Position numbers and translations under genes: made by a program. From Myxine glutinosa (Eukaryota): DNA of 64,000 bases. This document shows positions 45,806 to 57,289 of this stretch, piece by piece; positions within the stretch are counted from its first letter, which is position 1; each line of letters starts with the position of its first letter. The stretch lies in NCBI RefSeq assembly GCF_040869285.1, contig NC_090432.1; one strand, 5' to 3'. The notes under the pieces were generated by a model. It was not told where the DNA came from and did no database searches. It worked only from the letters and a program-made list of their open reading frames with translations.

Positions 45806-48800
45806 CCATTATTGTTATTCTTATGGTTGGGTTGTTGCCTGTTGGTGGTGTCGGTTCCGATGGCCCCTCCCCGTGCACCGGGGTTTCGCGCATGCGCAGT
45901 CTCTCAGGGACTGGACTGGGCCTTGAACCGAGCAGCGTCGCCTGAATAAACCTCCATGTGAGAACCTGACTTCTTATTATTGGTGTGGTGGCAGCGGTTT
46001 TCCATGCTCCTCGACACTGATACACAAGAGTCGTATCTTAACCAGGTCAGGCACATCTCCACAGTAGAAAAAAGGTTTTATTATCGCGATCGCTAAATCA
46101 TAACGTTCACATACGGTATCAATTGCCAACAGTAACGTTTAATCATTAACCCATTTAACGTTTCGACCAGTTTAGGCATAGCTGTGGCCTACAACAACTA
46201 TCAGATTAGGCGTGGCTGTGGCCTACAACAACCAGAACAGTGTATCGGCTGAGTGTATAATAGTTGTGTAAATGGCACCATGGCGGCTCTCCATCGTGCT
46301 CCGAAGCAATGGCAATTGACGAGAAATGAGACCATTACTACCTTCGAGAGTTAGCAACAAAATCTGCCGTATATTCTATCGCTTGACGCGAACTTTACCT
46401 CCTTTCTCGGCGCCGATGTCACGTGGCACAAGAAAAGAGTGCTGCAAACCCGAACAGGGGTTTTACTAATGACTCGGCTGAAGTCCCTGATGCTCAGCGT
46501 CGCTCTGCTGCTCAGAAGAATGCGCACCTCGACCTCATGCTCGGGCAGATTGCTAATTTTTGCCAAATCATCTCACGCAACTCCATCATCAAGTCGTCAA
46601 CGTCAGTAGCAAACATCTGGCAGAAGATCAGACAACATTTTGTTTTTCAATCAACAGGCGCTCATTTTTTGGACTTGGCTGATATTAGGCTTGGGCCAGA
46701 TGAATGCCCAGGAAGACCTGCTCCAGCGGTTGACTGCCTTCTTTAAAGATAATCTGACGGGTGGTTGTGGCATCACCCACCATGGGGAGGCTATCACTAC
46801 AGACGAGGATATGAGCCCATCCCTTGAGAACACTGTTGTCTACTTGTGGCTGTCACTCATAAATCCTTCCCTTCCTCAGCTGATAAGCAGAAATATGGCG
46901 CTGAGCTTCGCAACCCCTCACTGGCTTCAATTTAGCCCAAAATCTCGAAGTCTCTGTCATCCCTCGAAGAAGAGCAACGCACAATAGAGGACACTAGAGC
47001 CATGTGTATTGCTGGCAGCTTCAACTGCAGTGTAAACCCAGTGTACCAGGTACTGCACCCAGGTGCAGTACACCCAGTTGTAATACACCCAGGAAAGCAT
47101 TTGTGCCAAAGTCCTGTGTTCTATGCAAGACAGCAGGGAGACCCCACAACACGCACAATCTGGGTGAGTGCCGTTTCTTGCCGGACAGTGAAAAACGATC
47201 CATTGGTCGATCCAGAATAGTGGCTGGTGATGATTGTGATGCGGATGAGGCTATAATGTCAGATGAGTACAACATTGCTGAACAGGTGTCTGATGATTGC
47301 GATCATTCAGTCCGTCGTGTTGAGTGCTCTCCGTTCAGCCATAGAGTGAATGTCATCCAATCTCCGGTTTTGAACACATTCTACCAGCACCATCCTGTCG
47401 CACTTACACCTCGGGCTATGACCAATTTGATCGGTGCTTCCACAGCTAAGGCCTACAATCTACCAATCCATCCAGCCTCTCAGATGGCTCGACAGGTGGA
47501 TGTTGTTACCTCACTCGATGTCATCGGTGAGGTTCACTGCAACTTGTCAAGAGGGAACCTCGAGTTCAAATTTTATGCCTTGGTTGTCAAGCAACTTGAC
47601 GTCGGAGTGCTTGCTGGCAATCCATTTTTGGTTACGAACGACATTGCTGTACGACCCACAAAGAGACAAATCATCATTAAAGGTGAAGATTCTGTCGAGT
47701 ATACAACAACAACAACAACAACATGCATTTTAAAGGCCATTTTCCCTGCTAGAGCGGGGGTCAGCCTTGCGGTTCCCATGACAATCTTCTCCATTTTGCC
47801 CTATTTTCTGCATATCTCCTTGTTAACCCCCTTGCCCGCATTTCTTCTTCCACCATCTTTAGCCAAGTCTTTCTCAGTCTTCCCCGTCTTCTACTTCCTT
47901 CTACATTCATTTCCATCACTCTTCTCAACCAGTCACTTTCATCCTTCCTCAACACATGTCGAGTATGGCTCACACAATAGTCAACGCAGTAAAGTACCCT
48001 CGGCCAGATGCACCCAGGCATTCCCACTGCGTAATCCTCACAAGACGGCTCTCCTCCCCGGAGAATACCTAGAGCTACACACTCCTGCCAGCACTGAGCC
48101 AGACACAATACGTGGCTATGCTAGCTTGCTGGACCCCTTGGACATAGCTCCCGCTGGCAAAACATCAAGCGAGAAGATAGTGTGGTCTGATGACTTATTT
48201 CATGCCTTCAGGGCTGCCCAGAATGCTCTGAAAGACCGCAAGACTATCACGATACCTCAACCTGATGATTTACTGTGGATCGTTACTGATGGGTCTGTCA
48301 AGAACAAAGGCATTGCAGCTACAATGTATCCGCACAGGAATGGTGACTTGCTCTTAGCGGGCTTCTTTAATGCTAAACTCCGTAAACATCAGGTCACATG
48401 GCGGCCTTGCGAAGTAGAAGCGCTGTGTATTGGGGCAGCCATCCGACACTTCGCACCGTTCTTCGTCCAGTCTCACCACAGTGTCCAAGTATTGACGGAC
48501 AGTTGTCCCTGCGTCCAAGCTTACAGCAAACTTATGCACGGCGAGGTCTCAGCCAGTTCCAGAGTGACTTCATTCCTCTCCACTGCCAGCCATTACCATG
48601 TGCAGGTTAGGCATATTGATGGTATCACCAACATGCCTCCTGATTCTGGGAGTTGCTTCCCTCAGGTGTGCCTTGGCACAAGCTGTCAAGTGTGCACGTT
48701 TATCGAAGAAATGGAGTCCTCTGTTGTGCGTGGTGTCTCTGTAGTTTAAGTCCTGGATGGTACGGCTAGAATGCCATTTACGGGCCGTGTTGCCTGGCAT

Positions 48801-50290
48801 GCTACTCAGCTGGAGTGCCCTGACCTCAGACGCACACATTCTCACCTAACCCAAGGTACTCGCCCATCTAAAAAGTTGACAAAGGTGGGGGGTGTCAAGA
48901 GGTACCTCAGAGTGGTGACTGTGGTCAATGATGGTCTCCTAGTTGTCAGGGACAACCAGCGATTCCAGCTCTTTCGTGAACAGATCATGATCCCCCGCTC
49001 AGTGGTTGATGCGCTGCTGACTGCTTTGCACATCAGGTTCAACCACCCATCGAGACACCAAATTAAGTGTGCCTTCAACAGGTACTTTTTTGCCCTAGAC
49101 ATCGACAGGGTCACCAATATGCAATACAGTCTCCTCGTCATGTCACCAGTGCCAGTCAATAAAGAACTTACGTGTGCATCCACATCCACAGTCATCCACT
49201 GAACCACCCACTGTTGTCGGGGCATCGTATGCCGCAGATGTTAGGTGGTCGAAATCTCGTGGCCACTCTACTAATGCTGCCATCCGCTTTGACGTCGGTG
49301 ACCTCATCTTCCTCAAGGGTGACAGAAACAAATGCAAAGCTCGTGACAACTATTTGGTGACATGGATTTCTCCTGACAACGGATGGTGACAACTCAGAAA
49401 ATTTACCTGTTCTCAGCTTTGTAGCAAAGCCTTTGATGTTGAGCGTGTGACTGCTATCCTGTTGTGCCCACATTAATGGATCAGGCCCCCGTTCAGCCAG
49501 TTCGAGGCCGGGATGTAACTTCAGAGTCCGAGTCCGATTCTGAACCTACCTCACCTTACCATCCTCCACAGGACACGCCAGGCTCTTCCGTGCCCATGCC
49601 AAGGGTCCATCTCACTGGAGCTCCTTTGCATAAAGTGGTCCTTGCCCTATCGGATTTGCTTATACTGCCTACACCACCGGAAGCTATTGTCAGACCACCA
49701 GATACCCACTGGTGGCGTCTCAGCTGCTCAGCCGTCTCTCAGTTCCAGAGTGACTTCATTCCTCTCCACTGCCAGCCACTGCCGGCCATTCCCAAGGAGA
49801 TTGCTTCTCCACCTTCAAGGAGGTTGGGCAGTTCATGCCACCCTCTGGCATGGCAGCAGAGTGGAGATTGGCTCATGGAGCCAAGTGAAGGACCAAGACA
49901 ATTTTTATGTTGTTGGTTATATTCCACTCGGTCTTAGTTACAAGTGCTTGTAGTAACTCTCACAACATAGTCTTGCTCCATGTACTGTATGTACTTCGCT
50001 TGCTTTAAAATGCTTACTTTAAAATGCTTACTTTGATGTGCGTATACTCTGATATGCTAATTTCAAAATGCTGGAGGAAGACATAAGTGGCAGTTACGCC
50101 ATTATTGTTATTATTGTGGTTGTTGTTGGCGTGGGTTCCGATGGATCCTCCCCGTGCACCGGGGTTTCGCGCATGTGCGGTCTCTCGGGGGACTGGTCCT
50201 TGAAATGAGCAGCGTTACCTGAGTAAACCACCGTGTGAGAACCTCACCTCTTCTTATTATTGGCGCTGCATCACTCTGTGGTGGTGTTTG
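45806..50290 (+). mobile_element. Degenerate LTR retrotransposon remnant (gag-like CCHC, aspartic protease, RNase H, integrase zinc-finger region; RT and DDE core missing)
   Basis: ~185-bp diverged direct repeats at 45806-45990 and 50098-50290 (both contain GTTTCGCGCATGCGCAGTCTCTC); ORF 47004-48749 has CVLCKTAGRPHNTHNLGEC, a protease-like block, then IVTDGSVKNKG...EVEALCIG...TDS (RNase H); 48771-49202 carries an integrase N-terminal H..H...C-type region. Confidence 0.45.
47735..47950 (-). mobile_element. 5'-truncated LINE-B insertion where the RT should be
   Basis: (CAA)n CATGCATTTTAAAGGCCATTTTCCCTGCTAGAGCGGGGGTCAGCCTTGCGG... is co-linear with 7258-7500. Confidence 0.6.
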
Positions 50291-50689
50291 ACAGGCGCTG
50301 GCGCCACACCATTCATGCACCCAAATGCTCCACTGTGCAGTACATATTTCAGAAGCGTTACCCCCATGTGACAAATGTTGAGGTGCAGGGAAGTAACTCG
50401 ACCGGTCCGGAGGATTAATGGTTACTTATCATGAGAGAGCCACCAGTGCGCATGGGCTTATATGGATGGTTGATTGCCAATAATAAAAGAGTGAAGAGTC
50501 ACATGGCTAATATGATGAAGAAGAAAAAGGATGGGTAATATGAATGATAAAATAATGAGAGGTCAAAATGGTGAAGTAATAATTGATAGAGGAGTAGCAA
50601 TGTATAGATGGACCAAGGAACGAGAATATACCGGCGGAGTTGTTGGAAAGACTGAATGGGTAAAAGAGAAGTTTATGAATTGAGGTTTG

Positions 50690-51271
50690 GTGAAGCAGAC
50701 TGATGGTGGATTGAGAGAAAGAGATTGCTGGAACGGACCAATGGTAGATTGCTGGAATGGACCAATGGTAGATTGCTGGAACGAACCGATGGTAGATTGC
50801 TGGAATGGACCAATGGTAGATTGCTGGAACGGAGCAATGGTAGATTGCTGGAACGGACCAATGGTAGCATGCTGGAACGGACCGATGGTAGATTGCTGGA
50901 ACGGACCAATGGTAGAATGCTGGAACGGACCGATGGTAGAATGCTGGAACGGACCGATGGTAGATTGCTGGAACGGACTAATGGTAGATTGCTGGAACGG
51001 AAAATGGTAGATTGCTGGAACGGACCAATGGTAGATTGCTGGAACGGACCAATGGTAGATTGCTGGAACGGACCAATGGTAGCATGCTGGAACGGACCGA
51101 TGGTAGATTGCTGGAACGGACTAATAGTAGATTGATAGAACGGACCAATGGTAGAATGCTGGAACGGAACAATGGTAGAATGCTGGAACGGACCGATGAT
51201 AGCTTGCTGGAACGGAAAATGGTAGATTGCTGGAACAGACCAATGGTAGATTGCTGGAATGGACCAATGGT
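50690..51271. repeat. 24-bp minisatellite (GGACCAATGGTAGATTGCTGGAAC)n, left block
   Basis: Resumes at 55843-56390 directly after the LINE-A copy C poly(A). Confidence 0.9.
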
Positions 51272-54200
51272 CTGTTGGACTTCTGCTTCCGGTCTTGCCG
51301 GCGAGGTTTTGTTTATTCACAGCTGTCTACGCTCTCCATTGAAATCGAAGTTAAGTAATTGTTCCCATTTGTATTTTCGTTATAACTGTATTTATTTTAT
51401 GGTGTTGTACGTATCGTGTGTCCCGAGGAAGATTTTCGGTGCAAATCTTTCATACCTGTATAGAAAATCGTGTTAATTTGTGTCGTGTCTTTTGAGGCCT
51501 TGTACAGTGTCCAACCTGGAGGCTTTGCTTTCCTCTCAGCGGTCCGTCGTTTGTGCTCCAATAACTTTCGTTCTCTGCTTTTCCCAGTCTTTTCACCCCA
51601 TAGCCTACTTCCTTGTTTAAAATCAACTAAAACAAAAAAAACATTTCCTTCTCTGTTCTTATTCTTTGTTTTCATTCGTTTATTTGTTCTTATTCGTTCG
51701 TTCGTTCTTCGAACGACGTTCACTGTTATTACTGTTACTCTAATAACAGTTATTACTGTTATTACTGTTATTACTGTTCACTGTTAACGTTCACTGTTAT
51801 TAACCTTAAAATGTTTACACTTTCCCCTCAAGTTCTGTATTCCGTCGTATATTATAACACCTTTTTCTTCTTCTTCTTTAAAAGGCTGCTTTCGACTTGC
51901 TCACCAAATCTATTAATCCCCCCAAAAAAATCCATCTCTTTCAGTGCCTCTTTTCTACATTCCCTAAACTCTCCTGCACTCCATCCTCCCTCCAGCGTCC
52001 TTAAACGTATTTTTGACTCGAAGGTCACAAGAAACTCATTTTGCAATAAATGTTCGTTTCCCATTAATCGTACACTTTCTAAAATCCAATCTCACCCCTC
52101 CCCTCCAAATCTTCCCCATAACCCCTCCCATCCAAATCTTCCCCATCACCCCTCCCCTCCAAATCTTCCCCCTTGCCACTCCCCTCCTAATCCTCCCCAT
52201 CACCCATCCCTTTCAAATCTCCCCCCTTGCCCCTTCTCTCCTAAACTCCCCCCACACCCCTCCCTCCAAGACTCCCCCTCACCCCTCCCCTCCAAATCTC
52301 CCCCATATCCCATCTCTTTCAAATCCCTCCCCTTGTCCCTTCCCTCCTAAACTCCCCCCTCGCCCCTCCCCTTCAAATCTCCCCACCCTCATTTCTTCTC
52401 AATTTCCCCCCTCTCACTCCCCCTCCTCAAAGCGTCCTCCCTGCTTCTTCCCCCTTCCAACTCTCACCTCCATCTCCCCCAACCTTCTGCCTCGCTCTTC
52501 CCCCTCCTCAAATAACACCTCATTGTGCCTCACCCAATCACCATCAAACCTTCTGTCCGCCCCATCCTTCCCTTTCTCCGAGCTATTCTGAAATCTCTGA
52601 CACACCTTCTTACAGCTCTCCCTACCTCTTCCACCTCTTCCACATCTTACCCTACCCCTCCTCCCCCCTGTTCTGTATCCGATGCTCCCCCTTCCTCTTC
52701 ATTAACAGTATGGACCTCAAACATCCGGGGCCTTCGTTCAAACTCAACTGATCTCTCCATACAGGTTGCTTCTGTCAAACCAGACGTGATCTGCTTAACA
52801 GAAACTTTCCTCCATCATGATGTCTCTGATTCCTTAGTATCTCTCCCAGGTTACTCCCTCCTCCGGTATGATAGACCTGAGCCTCGTCCTGGAGGTGGGG
52901 TTGCTATCTTTATCAAAAACTCTCTTCCTCACTCGCCCTGCACTGCACTCTCTCCACCTCACCCCCAGCAATACCTCTGGCTACGGCTTCCCCTTCGCTC
53001 CCACCTCTTGTTCATATGTGTGTTGTACCGTCCACCAAACAGTGATGACTCCGTCTACATCTCGCTGTCTGATAATATGGACCAACTTCTGTCTACTCAT
53101 CCTAACTCTCTCTTCCTCATATGTGGTGATTTCAATTATCACCATGCCAGCTGGCTGGGTGTGGGTACCACTCTCACCAGCCATGGCTCCTCAGCAAAGG
53201 GCTTCTGCGACTCACTGGGACTGACAAAATCTGTCAATTTCCCGACCCGGATCTCAGTCAACGGAGCATCTTCTCTTCTGGACTTGGTTATGACTAACTT
53301 CCCTGAAAATGTCTGCTGCTCTTCTTCTGCTCCAATCGGCTCATCTGATCATGTGCTTGTTAAAGTGGACATCTCTCTGACCATTCTCAGGGAGCCTGCT
53401 CAGCGTCGACGAGTCTGGCATTTCACTCAGGCCAACTGGCACGGTCTTCAAGCAGCCATCAATCATCTGGACTGGTCTCCCATCTCTACCACCTCTGATA
53501 TCAACTCATCCTGGGAATTCTTCCAAAGTAAATTGCTCTCTCTCATGCACAGATTTATCCCATCTTGTCTTCAGTTGTCATACCCTTCCTGCCGTCCATG
53601 GTACACGGAATCTCGTGGTGAGGCTGTTGCCCAGAAACAACTTGCCTTCGTCTCCTGGAAAGCAAATCCAACGGAAAGAAATCTCATTTCCTTTCACAAA
53701 GCCCGAAACAAGTGTGTGTCCACCCTCAGGAGAGCCAGGAAACAATATCTCTCCGTTCTCAAGACCGAACTCTCTTATCTGTCTCCCTCTTCCAAATCTT
53801 GGTGGTGTCTGGTCAAATCTGTTTCTGGTGTTTGTTCCCCCTCCATCCCCTCCTTTACCTCAAACGGTTACACAGCTGACTCCGCACGTGAAAAAGCTGA
53901 ATGCCTCAACTCTGTGTTTGCCTCTCAATCTTGTGTCCCAAACCCATCCCTCTCTGTACCCACCGTACCCAGTCGTACCCAGCTGCTCCTGGACTCCGTG
54001 TCCTTTCCTCCTGACAAGGTGGAAAAGTTTCTGTCAACCCTCGACTCTGATTCTGCAACTGAACCTGACGGCATCAGCCCACGGGTCCTAAAATCCTGTT
54101 CTTCCGCTCTTTCACTCCCTCTCTCTGTTCTCTTCACCCTCTCTTTTGCTCAAGGTCACCTGCCATCTGCTTGGAAATCAGCCAACATCACCGCTTTGCA

Positions 54201-55837
54201 CAAAAAAGGTGCAAAAACAGATCCTAGCAACTACAGACCAATCAGCCTTCTCCCAATTATCAGCAAAGTCATGGAATCCATCATTGCTTCGGATATGAAA
54301 TCTTTCCTCTTGTCCAATGGCTTGATCTCTGATCATCAATTTGGTTTGAGACCAGGTCACTCTACTCTGGACATGCTGCTTCTGCTGTCTCAACAATGGA
54401 TGGAGGTCCTCAATGCCAAACAGGAAATTAGAGCTGTCTCCCTCGACATATCATGTGCCTTCGATACGGTCTGGCACCCCGCTCTGCTCACCAAACTCTC
54501 CTCCTTTGGTATCCATGGAAATCTCCACGCATGGCTGGCAGACTTCCTCTCTCGTCGAAGTCAACGTGTGGCCCTGAATGGGTTTCTCTCATCTCCTCTT
54601 CCTGTTCAGGCTGGAGTTCCCCAAGGTAGTGTTCTGGGCCCTGTGCTTTTTCTGGTCTTCATCAATGATCTCTCTGACTCTCTTGAAAATCCTCTCTATC
54701 TCTTTGCTGATGACTCCACTCTCTGCCGCTCCATTCCTCATCCCTCAGATCGGCAGTCTGCAGCCTCCTCACTCTCTGCAGACCTGGACAAAATCACAGA
54801 CTGGGCAAACAAGTGGAACATGTCTTTCAATCCTGACAAATCTCACACTCTTACCATGTCTCTCCGAAAAGACCGACTGGACAACCCTCCCATCTACTTT
54901 CTGAATAATCCTCTCCAAGAAGTTCTGTCACTCAAGCTTTTGGGTCTCACTATCTGCCATGACCTTTCCCGGGAAAACCACATTTCCAAGCTGGCCTCCA
55001 AAGCCAGTCGCCGACTGGGCATCCTCTGTCGTGTGAAGTCCTTCCTTGGCACACCTGAGCTGCTCACCACATGCAAGGCTTTGATCCGCAGCTCAATGGA
55101 ATACTGCTCTCCCCTCTGGGCTGGTGCTCCTGCCTCACACCTAGCTCGTCTTCACGCTGTTGAAACCAAAACGTTCAGAATCATTGGAATCTCAAGCGAT
55201 GACGCTATCTCCGAGGGCCTTTCGCTTACTCACCGCAGGCAGGTTGGTGGTCTTTCCGTCTTCTACCGACTCCTCTCCGGCCTTGCTCCCCCAGCTCTCT
55301 CTGGGCTCTGTCCCCCAAATATTCCTGCAGGTCGCACAAGATCTGCCTGCAACCCTCTTATGGTTAAACTGCCAAAATCAAGACTCTCTGCTCACCTTCA
55401 CTCCTTCATTCCTCTTTTCTCCCGCCTCTGGAACAAACTCCCTCACTCTCTTCAATCCCACTCCTCCCTCCAGGTCTTTAAAACGGCTGTTCACCACCAT
55501 CTCTTATCTTCCCCAATCCAAAACCTTGATCTTTTCTACCCCTGCTAATTTCACCCCAAATCCACTTTTTTGAGGTGACTTTTGTCTTCTTTCCTGGAAG
55601 TCCTTGGTCTCCTTGCGTTTTATACTTATCCTGCCTCCCCCCAGGCCCTCTCCCTCCCACACATCTCCCGACGTCCCTGCTCTCAAATGTTGTGTTTGTG
55701 TGCTTCCTCCCCTTCTCTCCCCATATTGTCGACCGCTCCCCTTTTTATATACTTTGTTTGCTTGTTTGTTTGATTTGTTTGTTTGATAAATGTTAGCTCT
55801 TTCACGAGCCTCGACTCTGTATACAAAAAAAATAAAA
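51272..55837 (+). mobile_element. LINE family A copy C, apparently full length (~4.57 kb), with TSD ATGGT, inserted into the 24-bp minisatellite
   Basis: The minisatellite is interrupted precisely at 51271 and resumes at 55838 (ATGGT on both sides); a ~1.25-kb 5' region (a (TTACTG)n-like stretch, then 33-bp C/T-rich monomers), an intact ORF2, a ~290-bp 3' UTR, and a poly(A) tail. Confidence 0.8.
52525..55548 (+). CDS. LINE-A ORF2: APE-type endonuclease + reverse transcriptase, 1007 aa, uninterrupted
   Basis: EEP motifs (ICLTETF, ICGDFN, SSDHVLV), RT motifs (NYRPISLLPIISK, QFGLRPGHST, SLDISCAFD, LFADDSTL), a CR1-like C-terminal domain; the only intact long ORF in the window. Confidence 0.85.
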   Translation: MPHPITIKPSVRPILPFLRAILKSLTHLLTALPTSSTSSTSYPTPPPPCSVSDAPPSSSLTVWTSNIRGLRSNSTDLSIQVASVKPDVICLTETFLHHDVSDSLVSLPGYSLLRYDRPEPRPGGGVAIFIKNSLPHSPCTALSPPHPQQYLWLRLPLRSHLLFICVLYRPPNSDDSVYISLSDNMDQLLSTHPNSLFLICGDFNYHHASWLGVGTTLTSHGSSAKGFCDSLGLTKSVNFPTRISVNGASSLLDLVMTNFPENVCCSSSAPIGSSDHVLVKVDISLTILREPAQRRRVWHFTQANWHGLQAAINHLDWSPISTTSDINSSWEFFQSKLLSLMHRFIPSCLQLSYPSCRPWYTESRGEAVAQKQLAFVSWKANPTERNLISFHKARNKCVSTLRRARKQYLSVLKTELSYLSPSSKSWWCLVKSVSGVCSPSIPSFTSNGYTADSAREKAECLNSVFASQSCVPNPSLSVPTVPSRTQLLLDSVSFPPDKVEKFLSTLDSDSATEPDGISPRVLKSCSSALSLPLSVLFTLSFAQGHLPSAWKSANITALHKKGAKTDPSNYRPISLLPIISKVMESIIASDMKSFLLSNGLISDHQFGLRPGHSTLDMLLLLSQQWMEVLNAKQEIRAVSLDISCAFDTVWHPALLTKLSSFGIHGNLHAWLADFLSRRSQRVALNGFLSSPLPVQAGVPQGSVLGPVLFLVFINDLSDSLENPLYLFADDSTLCRSIPHPSDRQSAASSLSADLDKITDWANKWNMSFNPDKSHTLTMSLRKDRLDNPPIYFLNNPLQEVLSLKLLGLTICHDLSRENHISKLASKASRRLGILCRVKSFLGTPELLTTCKALIRSSMEYCSPLWAGAPASHLARLHAVETKTFRIIGISSDDAISEGLSLTHRRQVGGLSVFYRLLSGLAPPALSGLCPPNIPAGRTRSACNPLMVKLPKSRLSAHLHSFIPLFSRLWNKLPHSLQSHSSLQVFKTAVHHHLLSSPIQNLDLFYPC

Positions 55838-55842
55838 ATGGT

Positions 55843-56390
55843 AGATTGCTGGAACGGACCGATGGTAGATTGCTGGAATGGACCAATGGTAGAATGCTGG
55901 AACGGACCGAAGGTAGATTGCTGGAACAGACCAATGGTAGATTGCTGGAACGGACCAATGGTAGTATGCTGGAACGGACCAATGGTAGTATGCTGGAACG
56001 GACCAATGGTAGATTGCTGGAATGGACCAATGGTAGAATGCTTGAATGGACCGATGGTAGAATGCTGGAACAGACCGATGGTAGATTGCTGGAACGGACC
56101 GATGGTAGATTGCTGGAACGGACCGATGGTAGATTGCTGGAACGGACCAATGGTAGTATGCTGGAATGGACCAATGGTAGTATGCTGGAACGGACCAATG
56201 GTAGATTGCTGGAACGGACCAATGGTAGAATGCTTGAATGGACCGATGGTAGAATGCTGGAACAGACCGATGGTAGATTGCCGGAACGGACTAATGGTAG
56301 ATTTCTGGAACGGACCAATGGTAGATTGCTGGAACGGACCAATGGTAGTATGCTGGAAGGGACCAATGGTAGATTGCTGGACCGATGGTG
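55843..56390. repeat. 24-bp minisatellite, right block
   Basis: Same unit as 50690-51271; ORFs 55504-56430 and others are repeat translations. Confidence 0.9.
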
Positions 56391-56799
56391 GTTTGTGAGT
56401 GTTTAAAAGCGGCAAATAGAGAAACATCACACCAGGAATACACAGATTATTTCAACAATGCATTTCGTAATTCCCAAACTCCAAGACAATGAGCAAAGGT
56501 CTACCTTCTCACAAACTATAGAAATAACTGTCTGGGGATTCCTACCTTGTGTACAGGATTGTTCTATTTGAGGTCCATTTCCAACACCATTCACACACAT
56601 CCTCACTCCATTCACCTCATCCCATACAGCCTCGATCTTCAATACCACGTCATTGCCCATCGCATCCAGCCTATCGGCCATCTTGGTGCTTCTTCGCTTT
56701 TCAATCACTAGTACACCCGCTCACTATGGGAGCGGCAGGGGGACCCATGTTATTATCCTTATTATTATTGCCAATTATTATTACTATTATTTACGTTAG

Positions 56800-57055
56800 A
56801 TTAGGTCATTGTATGGATCAGAACATACTTGACAATATAACATGTTAGATCAGGTCATTGAAAGAATCAGAGCGTGCACGACATTACAACAAGTTAGATC
56901 GGGTCATTGAAAGTATCAAACCATACATGACATGATAACATGTTATATCAGGTCATTGAAAGGATCAGACTGTACATGACATTATAACATGTTATATCAC
57001 GTCATTGAAAGGATCAAACCGTACATGATATTATAACATGTTAGATCAGGTACAC
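56800..57055. repeat. ~58-bp minisatellite (ACATGTTAGATCAGGTCATTGAAAGGATCAGACCGTACATGACATTATA)n
   Basis: Direct reading; bounded by GTACACC-GC-CACTATGGGAG-GGCAGG motifs. Confidence 0.85.
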
Positions 57056-57289
57056 CTGCACACTATGGGAGGGGCAGGAAGGGTCATTCGTCTTTGGGGT
57101 ATTGTCATGTATGAAGCTGCAAATATTCACCGTTGTATCCCTACACCGTGACCGCATTGTATCCCTACGCCCCAGCTCGGATGGTGCTGCAGTTAATCGG
57201 GCCTGTATCGGCAGTCAATAAACGTGTGCGACAATCAATCGTAGTTTGTCGAGATACTTTACATGGCGACGAGGATAAACATCTAGACC

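Noticed and set aside
44459-46025. ORFs of 290-490 aa on both strands (FGCHSVLHS… / AGPNGTQT…)
   Set aside because: Translations of the 41-bp minisatellite; every frame and both strands are open.
50673-51320. ORFs 107-215 aa (…MVDCWNGP… / …SSNLPLVR…), repeated at 55504-56430
   Set aside because: Translations of the 24-bp minisatellite that flanks LINE-A copy C.
57060-57104. 5-bp target-site duplication for the gypsy/BEL-like element
   Set aside because: The flanks (GGTAT before the 5' LTR, AGTTT after the 3' LTR) do not match, so no TSD is claimed. The element boundaries rest on LTR homology, the PBS and the PPT only.
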